The notes under the pieces were generated by a model. It ran no database searches. It was not told the origin of the DNA and saw nothing but the letters and a program-made list of their open reading frames with translations. The position numbers were made by a program, and so were the translations under genes. 64,000 nucleotides of DNA from a virus. Where the stretch lies: IMG/VR virus record IMGVR_UViG_3300024346_000011; one strand, given 5' to 3'. Shown here piece by piece: positions 52,074-60,527 of this stretch. Every line of letters begins with the position of its first letter. The stretch's first letter is position 1.

Positions 52074-52569
52074 TCCAAACTGTTACACATTCTACTTCAA
52101 TATTTGCCTTTTCCAATAATTCAACGCCGCTCATATCACGATAATCTTCGCAATAATACACTTTTGAAATACCTGCTTGAATAATTAATTTAGCACAATC
52201 AAAACATGGACATGTTGTCGTATATAACTCAGCACCATCACAATTCATAGTTGATTTAGCGACTTTCATAATTGCATTTGATTCCGCATGTAAAACCTCA
52301 CGGCGAGTAACCGTCTTAGAGCAACATCCATTATCACAAACATAACCCTTATCAATTAACACATGCGCATGATCTGGATTTTCATAAGATCGAATCTGTT
52401 CCTCTTCGCATTTGTTTTCAAAACCATGTGGCATACCATTATACCCGAAAGAAATTAACTGCTTATCTTTAACGATAACGCAACCTACCTTTCGTCGTTC
52501 AGCATAACTCAATTTAGCAAATTGATACGCCGTTTGCATGTAGATAACCTCTATTGGAATTCTTGGCAT
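52060..52569 (-). CDS. dCMP deaminase
   Basis: KVGCVIV, GYNG, HAESNAI, PCFDCAKLIIQAGI. Confidence 0.95.
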   Translation of the reverse strand: MPRIPIEVIYMQTAYQFAKLSYAERRKVGCVIVKDKQLISFGYNGMPHGFENKCEEEQIRSYENPDHAHVLIDKGYVCDNGCCSKTVTRREVLHAESNAIMKVAKSTMNCDGAELYTTTCPCFDCAKLIIQAGISKVYYCEDYRDMSGVELLEKANIEVECVTVWNDGI

Positions 52570-52592
52570 ATATTATATTATTATAATACTAT

Positions 52593-52618
52593 TTATACAC
52601 CTTAGTTTGAGATTGTTT
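52593..52618 (-). promoter_or_regulatory. class B promoter AAAC-N17-TATAA
   Basis: GTAAAC-N17-TATAAAT upstream of dCMP deaminase. Confidence 0.65.
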
Positions 52619-52621
52619 ACG

Positions 52622-52651
52622 AAAAGAAAAAGGGCCCGTATAGAGCCCTTT
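52622..52651 (-). terminator. intrinsic terminator
   Basis: aaagggc...gcccttt hairpin with T-tract on the minus strand. Confidence 0.7.
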
Positions 52652-52682
52652 AAAAAATTATTGAAAAGTTAGATAAAAAAAA

Positions 52683-53204
52683 TTAAGCTCTAACATCAGC
52701 TACTTTTGCTAATTCTTTTAATTTAGCTTGAGCTTGCTGAAATTTAGAAAATGCTTCGTCGTATGTCTTTTTACGATCTGCAACTTCATCGCAACCTTTT
52801 TTAATATCTTTACAAGTCTCTTTTACACCTTGTAATGCTTGTCCAGCTTTCATGAAATCTTTTCTTGATGATCTATATTCACCTTTAGCAAAAGAATATA
52901 GAGCTAACATATCTGGCGACATTTTATTCTCTAATTTATCGCATTTAGCAATCGCTTTTTCCGCCTTTGCATCTGCTTCCGCCTCCTCTGCTTCGTCTCT
53001 CTCTTTCAAAGATTTCATTGTATCTTTCTTATCTGGTAGAACGTGTTGCAACATTGCAGACCATTTAGAAGATTGATAACTCAATTCTCCAATAATTTGA
53101 ATTGTTTTTGCAACAACTGGTCTAACTTTCTCTTGATCTTTGTCTCCTTTTTCAAGATTAGAAGCTTCAAGAACAAATTGCTCAAATAATTTTATACGTT
53201 TCAC
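52683..53204 (-). CDS. tagged helical hypothetical protein
   Basis: GTG start, MKRIKLFEQFVLE. Confidence 0.7.
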   Translation of the reverse strand: MKRIKLFEQFVLEASNLEKGDKDQEKVRPVVAKTIQIIGELSYQSSKWSAMLQHVLPDKKDTMKSLKERDEAEEAEADAKAEKAIAKCDKLENKMSPDMLALYSFAKGEYRSSRKDFMKAGQALQGVKETCKDIKKGCDEVADRKKTYDEAFSKFQQAQAKLKELAKVADVRA

Positions 53205-53224
53205 AAGCTATAATAATTATTGTT

Positions 53225-53857
53225 TTATTCAGCAGTATCTTCAGCTTCTGGTGCTGAATCCATTTCCTTCATTTCATTCATTTTCTTAGTATATGCTTCG
53301 ATCATCTCATTACAAGCTGCTTCGAAAGCTTCAACTGCATATTCTTCTTTCATCTCTTTAAGAGTATTTGCAGCTAATGCAGCAATTAAAGCTGCATTCT
53401 CTTTCATGTAAGATTCGACAGTATGCTCGTCATGTGCATCCTCTTCGTATGCTTTAGCTTCGTTCTTACAAGAAGATTCATATACTTCTTTTAACATTTC
53501 AGCAACGGTCTTTACTTCAACTGGAGCCTCAGAAGCACCTTCGTGCTCTTCTTCCTCAACTTCTTCAGCTTCAGAAACTTCTTCCTCAGATTCTTCTTCT
53601 TTTTCTTCAGATTCATCTTCGTCATCAGAATCTTCATCTTTTTCTTTTTCCTCTTCGGCTTCTTCAGCTGCTTCCTCTTCTGGAGTTTCTTCTGATTCCA
53701 CTTCTTCAGCTTCTTCTTCTTGAACCTCTTCAGCTTCGTCTTCTACTTCTTCAATTTCTTTTGAATCAACTTCGGCCGTATCAACTACATCCTGTTCGAT
53801 TTCTTCAGTTCTGTCCATTTCTGCAACAAACTGCTCGAATGATTTTAATTTTGCCAT
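53225..53857 (-). CDS. tagged highly acidic protein, prohead core/scaffold-like
   Basis: MAKLKSFEQFVAE; long Glu/Asp tract. Confidence 0.65.
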   Translation of the reverse strand: MAKLKSFEQFVAEMDRTEEIEQDVVDTAEVDSKEIEEVEDEAEEVQEEEAEEVESEETPEEEAAEEAEEEKEKDEDSDDEDESEEKEEESEEEVSEAEEVEEEEHEGASEAPVEVKTVAEMLKEVYESSCKNEAKAYEEDAHDEHTVESYMKENAALIAALAANTLKEMKEEYAVEAFEAACNEMIEAYTKKMNEMKEMDSAPEAEDTAE

Positions 53858-53897
53858 TATACTAAATTTTATTTTTTTTTAGTTATAAACTATATAT

Positions 53898-54248
53898 CTA
53901 TATTATCTTATTAATTTTTAAAGACAATTGGGATGAACCTGGGATCAATCTATGATATAATCCAGCAGGTATTTTAATATCAATACCTGTGAGCAGTGGT
54001 ATTGGTAGTTCATTATCATATTGAAATTTCCAATCTGAATCGGCTAAAACTTCAACAATCCTGTCTTCGTTATCAAAGTGCCACTTGAATAGGTGTTCTG
54101 GTGAATTTGGAATAAATGTTCTAATGATTGTATTCTCATCAATCTTTTCTTCTGTAAATGGTAGGGTTTGATCTTCAATCATTTCCCACATTTGTTCGGC
54201 TGTCATTTTTCCACAGCCACAATTTTTACATTTACAATTTTCTACCAC
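53898..54248 (-). CDS. cupin-like protein
   Basis: WHFDNEDR...WKFQYDNELP...IPAGLYHRL. Confidence 0.6.
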   Translation of the reverse strand: MVENCKCKNCGCGKMTAEQMWEMIEDQTLPFTEEKIDENTIIRTFIPNSPEHLFKWHFDNEDRIVEVLADSDWKFQYDNELPIPLLTGIDIKIPAGLYHRLIPGSSQLSLKINKII

Positions 54249-54781
54249 GGGGAATCGGACTTTAAACCTAATTGTTTACCAAAGAGGGTTGGCCCATAAC
54301 AAGCCCAGAATCCAGCTTTATTTGGATCCATCTTTTCCATCTTATCGCAACCATGTCTTGCCCAAAAACTAGCAGCTTTTCCTGGATCATCATTCTTAAC
54401 AGTTAAGTTAGGATCTCCCCATTCAATTTTCTTAGCAATAATATTACCTTCTTTATCTTCTCTGCCGGAATTGCGGTAAACAATATATTTCTTGTCTCCA
54501 CCACGTTCAGGTGAATCCAATTTAACTTTGACAGTATTACCACCCCTTGGAGTATATACAGCCGCCTTGCCAACCTCTAGGTTTTTAGCCATCCAGCCTG
54601 AAGGACCTTTCAAAATAATATTGCCCTTATCCCAGTATTGTTTTACCTCTTCAAATAATTTGACATAAGCATCGCTACCCAGCCTAAAGAACGTCGTTTG
54701 AAGATCTAAACCTTCTTCGATGTGTGCTTTAAGTTCAGGCGAAACACTCTTCCAGTCCTCAAATGTTTTAATAAATCTCAT
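54242..54781 (-). CDS. tagged conserved phage protein
   Basis: MRFIKTFEDW; C-terminal WGDP..SFWARHGC..AGFWAC motif. Confidence 0.6.
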   Translation of the reverse strand: MRFIKTFEDWKSVSPELKAHIEEGLDLQTTFFRLGSDAYVKLFEEVKQYWDKGNIILKGPSGWMAKNLEVGKAAVYTPRGGNTVKVKLDSPERGGDKKYIVYRNSGREDKEGNIIAKKIEWGDPNLTVKNDDPGKAASFWARHGCDKMEKMDPNKAGFWACYGPTLFGKQLGLKSDSPW

Positions 54782-54791
54782 ACATTATATA

Positions 54792-55718
54792 TCAACTTAA
54801 AACTAATTCATTTAGAAATTGCTCACGATATTTGAGTAGAGACAATTCCTTAGCTTTTGCTTCTATTTCTATATCAAGATCTAGGCCATAAGTTTCAATA
54901 TATTCATAAATGTAATCTGCATGAGCGCGCAAGATAACACTAGCATCTTCATGAATCTTTTTAGCAGATGAATAGTGGCACAATTGACGAATACCTTTAG
55001 GCCAGGTTAAAGCCGCTAGGCGCAATGCTTCTTCTTCGGGCATTGGATCTTCATAGCATCGGTGGTGGTGATAGTCAAATGTAATTGGTGTGCCAACTTG
55101 CAAATAGATGTCATAAAGATCTTGAACCGAATATTGTGCTGGTTTGTCGTCATTTTCAAGAATCAAACGAGCTTGTGCAGATCGGGATAACATTTTGAAA
55201 TTTTGAACAAAGCGGGCTTTAGTAGATTCTTTGTCGCCATAAGAACCACCAAGATGGATATTCATCGAATAATATTGGTTTACCGGTAATCCCATAGCAT
55301 CAAGGATTTCAGCATGTTGATTCAATTCTTTGACAGTAGCATCAACAACTTTTTTAGTCGGTGATGGAAGAACACAAAATTGACCAGGGTGGAATCCAAC
55401 GCGTTGGCCATATTTTTGAACCAATGTACCTGATCCCTTGAGTAAGTTAGAGATTGTTGACCAGTTAGGCAAATCAGTAAGCTCATATTCACTCATCCAA
55501 GGAAACATAGAGCTACTCATACGGTAAACTTTGATACCATTTCTATGATTCCATTTAATAATCTCAATCATATCGCGTACATTAGCTTCTGCTAGTTCAC
55601 CAGCATACTTAATTCCTTTTTGTTGGAATGTACGTTTAATCATAGATCGACCAATCTTAATACCTTGTTCGTCAAGAGTTAGATTGATACAACAATATCC
55701 TAAGTTTACTTTGCTCAT
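54792..55718 (-). CDS. uvsE: UV damage endonuclease UvsE/UVDE
   Basis: LGYCCIN, YRMSS, HPGQF, NIHLGG, LENDD, FDYHHH, HYSS, AHAD, EAKAKE. Confidence 0.95.
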   Translation of the reverse strand: MSKVNLGYCCINLTLDEQGIKIGRSMIKRTFQQKGIKYAGELAEANVRDMIEIIKWNHRNGIKVYRMSSSMFPWMSEYELTDLPNWSTISNLLKGSGTLVQKYGQRVGFHPGQFCVLPSPTKKVVDATVKELNQHAEILDAMGLPVNQYYSMNIHLGGSYGDKESTKARFVQNFKMLSRSAQARLILENDDKPAQYSVQDLYDIYLQVGTPITFDYHHHRCYEDPMPEEEALRLAALTWPKGIRQLCHYSSAKKIHEDASVILRAHADYIYEYIETYGLDLDIEIEAKAKELSLLKYREQFLNELVLS

Positions 55719-55719
55719 A

Positions 55720-55947
55720 TTATATTTTATATTGTTTTTTTAATTTGTTTATAGCTGTTTCAGCCTCATAGATTTCATTAAGTGTAAACACATCAACATC
55801 TTGAAACATAAATCCGCCAACTGTAGTAATAAATACATGATTACCTAGTCGATCAACTGAATCGACCTCATGAATTGTCATATCCTCTAAATATATGATT
55901 TTAGATTCGCCTTGAAGGCGCTCAATCCTCTGTTCGATCGTTATCAT
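55720..55947 (-). CDS. hypothetical protein
   Basis: 75 aa ORF. Confidence 0.55.
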   Translation of the reverse strand: MITIEQRIERLQGESKIIYLEDMTIHEVDSVDRLGNHVFITTVGGFMFQDVDVFTLNEIYEAETAINKLKKQYKI

Positions 55948-56122
55948 TAAAGAAATATTTAAGAAATTGATAAAATACCAATGGCCAAACTATGATTGCA
56001 ACTATCCTCTCAGAATTGGTTAACCGAAGATCTTCATTTTCTTCACCCAATTGATTAACTAAGTAATCAAAAACAATATTAAATATTGTACCAATTAAGA
56101 TGTACCAAAAAATCAATCCCAT
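55922..56122 (-). CDS. small membrane protein (2 TM)
   Basis: Likely start MGLIFWY at 56122; two hydrophobic segments, WP motif. Confidence 0.55.
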   Translation of the reverse strand: MGLIFWYILIGTIFNIVFDYLVNQLGEENEDLRLTNSERIVAIIVWPLVFYQFLKYFFNDNDRTED

Positions 56123-56532
56123 TGCTTCTCGTATGTGTACCAATGGTCTGCAGTTGCACAATCTATGAGAGCAGATTCCATAACAGTAATAATCTGTTTT
56201 GCTGTCATCATATCTAATTGAGAGTTAATCCACATTTCAGCCAGTAATTTATCTTCAAATTTAGAGGTGGCATATTTCATAAGACCACTAGCCATTCGAG
56301 TAATAATTGAATCAATGTCAGAAACTCGTCTTCCAACTATCCAGGGTTCAATTAAAATGCCAGAATCTTCAAGTTCTTGCAGAATAGTGGCTTGATCAGT
56401 CATCATGAAATGCGTCTTTAAAAATACTTTGAGCTTTGATATATTATCTTCGGTTAGAGATTGAACTGCTCCAACCAAAATACCATTACATTTTACTTCT
56501 GTTGCGTTAAATTCTAAATTCATATTTGTCAT
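56113..56532 (-). CDS. hypothetical protein
   Basis: Likely start ATG 56532, below a class A promoter. Confidence 0.6.
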   Translation of the reverse strand: MTNMNLEFNATEVKCNGILVGAVQSLTEDNISKLKVFLKTHFMMTDQATILQELEDSGILIEPWIVGRRVSDIDSIITRMASGLMKYATSKFEDKLLAEMWINSQLDMMTAKQIITVMESALIDCATADHWYTYEKQWD

Positions 56533-56547
56533 TTGTTTAATTACTAG

Positions 56548-56599
56548 GTAAATATAATAAAAAAGTCTGACATAAAAAAATGTCAGACCCACTTTTTTT
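56548..56599 (-). promoter_or_regulatory. class A promoter overlapping a hairpin terminator
   Basis: ATTTTTTTATGTC-N11-TTATATTTAC; inverted repeat gtctgaca/tgtcagac. Confidence 0.7.
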
Positions 56600-56924
56600 A
56601 AAAATTATAGTCATAATATTTACGTGGAGCATCGGCGATTTTGCGCCAATCATACCGACCATTTGTCATACGCATTTCAATAACTTCACCAACCTCTTTG
56701 AATTCCCATTTCTGGTCAGAGTTATTAGTGCAGTGGGCTGAAAATCCACCAGGAACAAAGTCCATCTTTGTCTTATTCTCAGTGGCCTCAATAGGTTGTA
56801 CATACAAAATCGTTTTGGATTTGATACCAACTATTTTTCCAATTGGATTAATGTCTGAGTAAAGATACTCGTTGATGTACTTGCCAATCATGTCTTCGTT
56901 CGCGGTGAAAGTTTTTCTTGTCAT
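56598..56924 (-). CDS. hypothetical phage early protein
   Basis: 108 aa; LYSDINP, ends KYYDYNF; own promoter and terminator. Confidence 0.65.
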   Translation of the reverse strand: MTRKTFTANEDMIGKYINEYLYSDINPIGKIVGIKSKTILYVQPIEATENKTKMDFVPGGFSAHCTNNSDQKWEFKEVGEVIEMRMTNGRYDWRKIADAPRKYYDYNF

Positions 56925-56946
56925 GTGTTTATCTTTTAATTATAGT

Positions 56947-56998
56947 ATAAATATAAACAAAAAACCCGACATAAAAAAATGTCGGGCAAACTTTTTTC
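56947..56998 (-). promoter_or_regulatory. class A promoter overlapping a hairpin terminator
   Basis: AAAAAAGTTTG...ATTTTTTTATGTC-N11-TTATATTTAT; inverted repeat cccgacat/atgtcggg. Confidence 0.7.
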
Positions 56999-57011
56999 AC
57001 TTTTTTTCAAA

Positions 57012-57356
57012 TTATTTCCAAAATAACTGGATCGCAATGATTGCAGTGGCCAGTATCAGCGATATAAAGGTCTTGGCATTTACGCCTTCATTCATAAAAT
57101 AATTAGTTAATAGAGCAAATGATAGAATACCAATTGCAAATCCAATAAATCTACCTGGCCAAATCAATCCGTCATAATAACTGGCAACAAACGCGGTTGC
57201 TTTAATAAACATATATGATACTAAAGTTCCTCCCATTAAAGCCACTATAAATGGATTTTTTTTAAACCATGGCCACATGAATTGACCATTGCTTTGAAAC
57301 CATATTATAGATTGGCCAACCGTATAAAGCAATATGCCATATAATAATCCTCTCAA
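57012..57356 (-). CDS. 4-TM membrane protein, SMR/DMT-like
   Basis: 114 aa with four hydrophobic helices. Confidence 0.55.
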   Translation of the reverse strand: MRGLLYGILLYTVGQSIIWFQSNGQFMWPWFKKNPFIVALMGGTLVSYMFIKATAFVASYYDGLIWPGRFIGFAIGILSFALLTNYFMNEGVNAKTFISLILATAIIAIQLFWK

Positions 57357-57985
57357 AACAATTGACCAGCTGAAGTTAATAGATGGGAAATAAACGATTC
57401 GCGGTGGTATTCTGTTTTTCCAGAATTCTTAATTGCTGTAATATGTTGTTTAGTCCCGTACCCTTTATTAGAACCCCAACCGTATTCTGGGTGATCTTTA
57501 CTAATTTGCTTCATGTACTCATCACGAGTAGTTTTAGCCAAGATTGAAGCAGCCGCAATTGAAACATATTTATTATCTCCACCAACTACAGTTTCGTATG
57601 GAATTCCAGCAAATCCATGAAATTGATCCCCATCGACGAGGATAAAATCAAATCGATTAGCGCGATCATCTAAATATTCTAAACAATCATGCATCCCTTT
57701 TAATGTTGCCCTAAGGATATTCATCTCCTCAATTTTATCAACGGCAATGTGTGTAACGTGCCATGCGATCGCATTTTTGCAAACAATCTTTAATGCTTCT
57801 TGGCGTTCGCCTTCACTTAGCAGTTTGGAGTCTTTAATCAATGGGTGATTAAATCCACGTGGCATAATACAAGCCGCTACAGTTACTGGACCTGCAAGAG
57901 CCCCACGGCCCGCTTCATCTACTCCTATTTCTATAATTTCAGGATTATCGTTAAATGAATCTTTAAGAAGAATGTGTTTGGACAT
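57353..57985 (-). CDS. rnhB: ribonuclease HII
   Basis: GVDEAGRGALAGPV, DSKLL, VDG, SIAAASILAK, NKGYGT..H. Confidence 0.95.
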   Translation of the reverse strand: MSKHILLKDSFNDNPEIIEIGVDEAGRGALAGPVTVAACIMPRGFNHPLIKDSKLLSEGERQEALKIVCKNAIAWHVTHIAVDKIEEMNILRATLKGMHDCLEYLDDRANRFDFILVDGDQFHGFAGIPYETVVGGDNKYVSIAAASILAKTTRDEYMKQISKDHPEYGWGSNKGYGTKQHITAIKNSGKTEYHRESFISHLLTSAGQLF

Positions 57986-58002
57986 AAAAGCTTATTTTAT
58001 AA

Positions 58003-58028
58003 TTATATCCAAAATATTGATAATGTTT
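58003..58028 (-). promoter_or_regulatory. class B promoter AAAC-N17-TATAA
   Basis: ATAAAC-N17-TATAAT upstream of rnhB. Confidence 0.65.
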
Positions 58029-58731
58029 ATTTCTCAGGATTATCCATTCTCCATTTGTCATAACGGTTTACAACATCTTGTAAGATCTTAGCTCTCACAA
58101 TATCCTTTTGTGTAAACACATGTTCACCAACACCTTTAATGCCTTTCATTAATTCAGCAAATGATTCTAGTCCAATATTATTTTTAGCAATATCATATTG
58201 GCTAACGTCGCCAGTTACAATTACTTTAGATCCATTACCCATTCTAGTAACGAATAACATTAATTGTTTAAATGTAGCGTTCTGCGCCTCGTCAAGAATC
58301 ATAAGAGATCCATCGAAAGTATCTCCTCTCATAAATGCAAGTGGACGGAATTGAATAACTTCAGACTCTACTAATTGCTCTGTAATCTGTGGGCCAATAA
58401 TCTTACTTAAATTGGAAACGTATGATTGCATATACGGATCGATCTTTTCACTAATATCACCTGGCAAGAATCCTAGCTTTTCACCAGCTTCTTGAATAGG
58501 CTTACAAAGAATAATAGTGTCAATCTTTTTTTCTGCAAATAATTTTAATGCGACATAACATGCGGTAAATGTTTTAGATGTTCCGGCTGGGCCGTGGCAA
58601 AATGTTATGTCATTCTCTAGAATGGTTTGTACATAGTGTTGTTGAGATTGTCTTAATTGAGCTTTAACAGTCTCTGGTTTAATCGAAATCTTTTTTCGAC
58701 CAACCTTTCGGTTTTCATTGTTTTGATTCAT
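58027..58731 (-). CDS. phoH: PhoH-family ATPase
   Basis: GPAGTSKT, LGFLPG, PLAFMRGDTF, ILDEAQN, TGDVSQYD. Confidence 0.93.
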   Translation of the reverse strand: MNQNNENRKVGRKKISIKPETVKAQLRQSQQHYVQTILENDITFCHGPAGTSKTFTACYVALKLFAEKKIDTIILCKPIQEAGEKLGFLPGDISEKIDPYMQSYVSNLSKIIGPQITEQLVESEVIQFRPLAFMRGDTFDGSLMILDEAQNATFKQLMLFVTRMGNGSKVIVTGDVSQYDIAKNNIGLESFAELMKGIKGVGEHVFTQKDIVRAKILQDVVNRYDKWRMDNPEK

Positions 58732-58745
58732 TCATTAAAATTTAA

Positions 58746-59003
58746 TTAATCACCTGCCATTATGACAAGATCTTTCAATTTCATTAACTTGTCGCACTTC
58801 TCATACTCCTCAAGACCTTCAAAATATCCAATTAAGATATCAATGAATTTTGAGCGTTGACCAATACCGTGAGGGATTTCAATAATATCGCTTCCTTCTC
58901 TAAATACAACAAATCGATTAACTGTTTTAGTAAAGTTTCGAGTGATTGTATAGTACGAAGCTCGCATTAGTGAATCTCTGTCTTGACCTAATATTTCATC
59001 CAT
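58746..59003 (-). CDS. small protein with C-terminal UVR-like motif
   Basis: YFEGLEEYEKCDKL. Confidence 0.6.
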   Translation of the reverse strand: MDEILGQDRDSLMRASYYTITRNFTKTVNRFVVFREGSDIIEIPHGIGQRSKFIDILIGYFEGLEEYEKCDKLMKLKDLVIMAGD

Positions 59004-59109
59004 GATTGCGACCTTCTATGTTTTGTTTTAACAGTGTATATATTTAAACCGGGTTAAACCTGTTAGTTAATTTGGTAAAAAAATATAATGATATTATACT
59101 CTGTTAACT

Positions 59110-59307
59110 TTATTCGGCAGACTGATTATCACCGAATTTTTGCTGAATATACTTAGCTTTTTGATTCTTAATCCTTTTGGTTACGGATGGCTTTGTATAC
59201 TCCTTTTGGTCGCGAAGTGTTTTAGTTTGTTTAGTTTTATTTACTTTATATTTTAAGACCTTTAAGGCCTTTTCGATATTTCCATTATCAACATTAATAA
59301 TCAACAT
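59110..59307 (-). CDS. rpsU: ribosomal protein bS21
   Basis: MLIINV..NIEKALK..K.K..K...LR..KEYTKPSVTKR...KAKYIQ, Bacteroidota-type. Confidence 0.9.
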   Translation of the reverse strand: MLIINVDNGNIEKALKVLKYKVNKTKQTKTLRDQKEYTKPSVTKRIKNQKAKYIQQKFGDNQSAE

Positions 59308-59534
59308 ATTTTATCAATGATTTTTTTAATATTAAAGCACTTTTCATATTCTTCAGTGCCTTCAAAATATTGTAGAACGTTAGTAAGAGCATCTAACTTT
59401 TCATTAGCTGGTGTGTTGCTGCTTAAAGCATCTTGTTCATTATTAACAATCGCTTTATAGATCATATTCATCATAGTATCTTTCGATCCTTGGATGATGT
59501 GTTCAATACCGTTGTCTTCAAATTCGCTAAGCAT
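59301..59534 (-). CDS. small protein with C-terminal UVR-like motif
   Basis: YFEGTEEYEKCFNI. Confidence 0.6.
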   Translation of the reverse strand: MLSEFEDNGIEHIIQGSKDTMMNMIYKAIVNNEQDALSSNTPANEKLDALTNVLQYFEGTEEYEKCFNIKKIIDKIC

Positions 59535-60312
59535 ATAATTCTTTAATTTTTTCTACTAATTTTAGTTGCTCTTCGTTTAGATTTGGTGGTAGAGTTCTGA
59601 GTTTAATCAATAAACTGCCATATTCATTTGTATTATATATTGGCATTCCTTTGCCAGAAATTCTAAGTACCTTTCCTTCGTATGAATTTTTAGGTATATT
59701 GACTGTAATATCATACAAACTATTCTTTATATTTATCTTTGTTCCAAGTAATAAATCAACAAAAGATAAGGTACATTCAGTCCAGATATCGTGTCCCTGT
59801 ATAATAATATCGGGATCGATAATATATTGTATGGTTATGATTGCATTTCCTCGAGGGGCGGATCGATTGATTGGATGATAATCTCCTTTACCGTTTACTT
59901 TAAGTTTAGCGCCATTTAAAACTCCAGCTGGAATTTTAATATTAAAGCTATCACCGCCTAAATCAATATATTTAGAACAACCATTATAAACTTCTGACAT
60001 CGTTAATGGAACTGAAATCCTAACATCTAATCCTCGGGCCTCTTGACCAAACGATTGATTAAACATTCCAGACCAATCTCCACCAAACTTAACAAAGAAA
60101 TCTCTAAAGCTGGAATCTCCACTTTGCTTAAAATCGTATTCTTGTCTCTTATTGGTATCGCCTAAAATATCATACGCCTCAGAGATTTGTTTGAATCTAT
60201 CTTCAGACCCACCTTTATCAGGGTGATGAATCTTCACCAAATCCCGATAAGCTTTTTTTATCTCATCGTGAGAAGCATTAGAATTTACCCCTAAGACTTC
60301 GTAATAATTCAT
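59527..60312 (-). CDS. DnaJ/CbpA-like class B J-domain co-chaperone
   Basis: YYEVLGV, HPDKGG, G/F region, DnaJ C-terminal domains, no Zn finger. Confidence 0.92.
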   Translation of the reverse strand: MNYYEVLGVNSNASHDEIKKAYRDLVKIHHPDKGGSEDRFKQISEAYDILGDTNKRQEYDFKQSGDSSFRDFFVKFGGDWSGMFNQSFGQEARGLDVRISVPLTMSEVYNGCSKYIDLGGDSFNIKIPAGVLNGAKLKVNGKGDYHPINRSAPRGNAIITIQYIIDPDIIIQGHDIWTECTLSFVDLLLGTKINIKNSLYDITVNIPKNSYEGKVLRISGKGMPIYNTNEYGSLLIKLRTLPPNLNEEQLKLVEKIKELYA

Positions 60313-60443
60313 TATGCTTTTTTATTACGCGATTCCTTAAGCGCTCTGCGTTTTTCAGCAACTTCACGCTTCTCCGAATTCTCCATCTTAGCTGCAATCT
60401 TTTCTAATGCAATTGCAATGCGTTCTAATAATTGATCGTTCAT
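60312..60443 (-). CDS. 43-aa helical peptide (below the ORF-track cutoff)
   Basis: MNDQLLERIAIALEKIAAKMENSEKREVAEKRRALKESRNKKA; TAATG coupling to the DnaJ gene; promoters directly upstream. Confidence 0.7.
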   Translation of the reverse strand: MNDQLLERIAIALEKIAAKMENSEKREVAEKRRALKESRNKKA

Positions 60444-60465
60444 AATATGTTATTCTAATATTATA

Positions 60466-60491
60466 TTATATATCACATTTTGTCAATGTTT
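60466..60491 (-). promoter_or_regulatory. class B promoter overlapping a GATATATA element
   Basis: TAAAC-N17-TATAA plus GATATATA at 60467-60474. Confidence 0.65.
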
Positions 60492-60497
60492 AAACAT

Positions 60498-60527
60498 AAA
60501 ACCAACCGGGCTAACCCGGTTGGTTTT
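60498..60527. terminator. perfect 13-bp hairpin, probable terminator
   Basis: aaaaccaaccggg-ctaa-cccggttggtttt. Confidence 0.8.
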
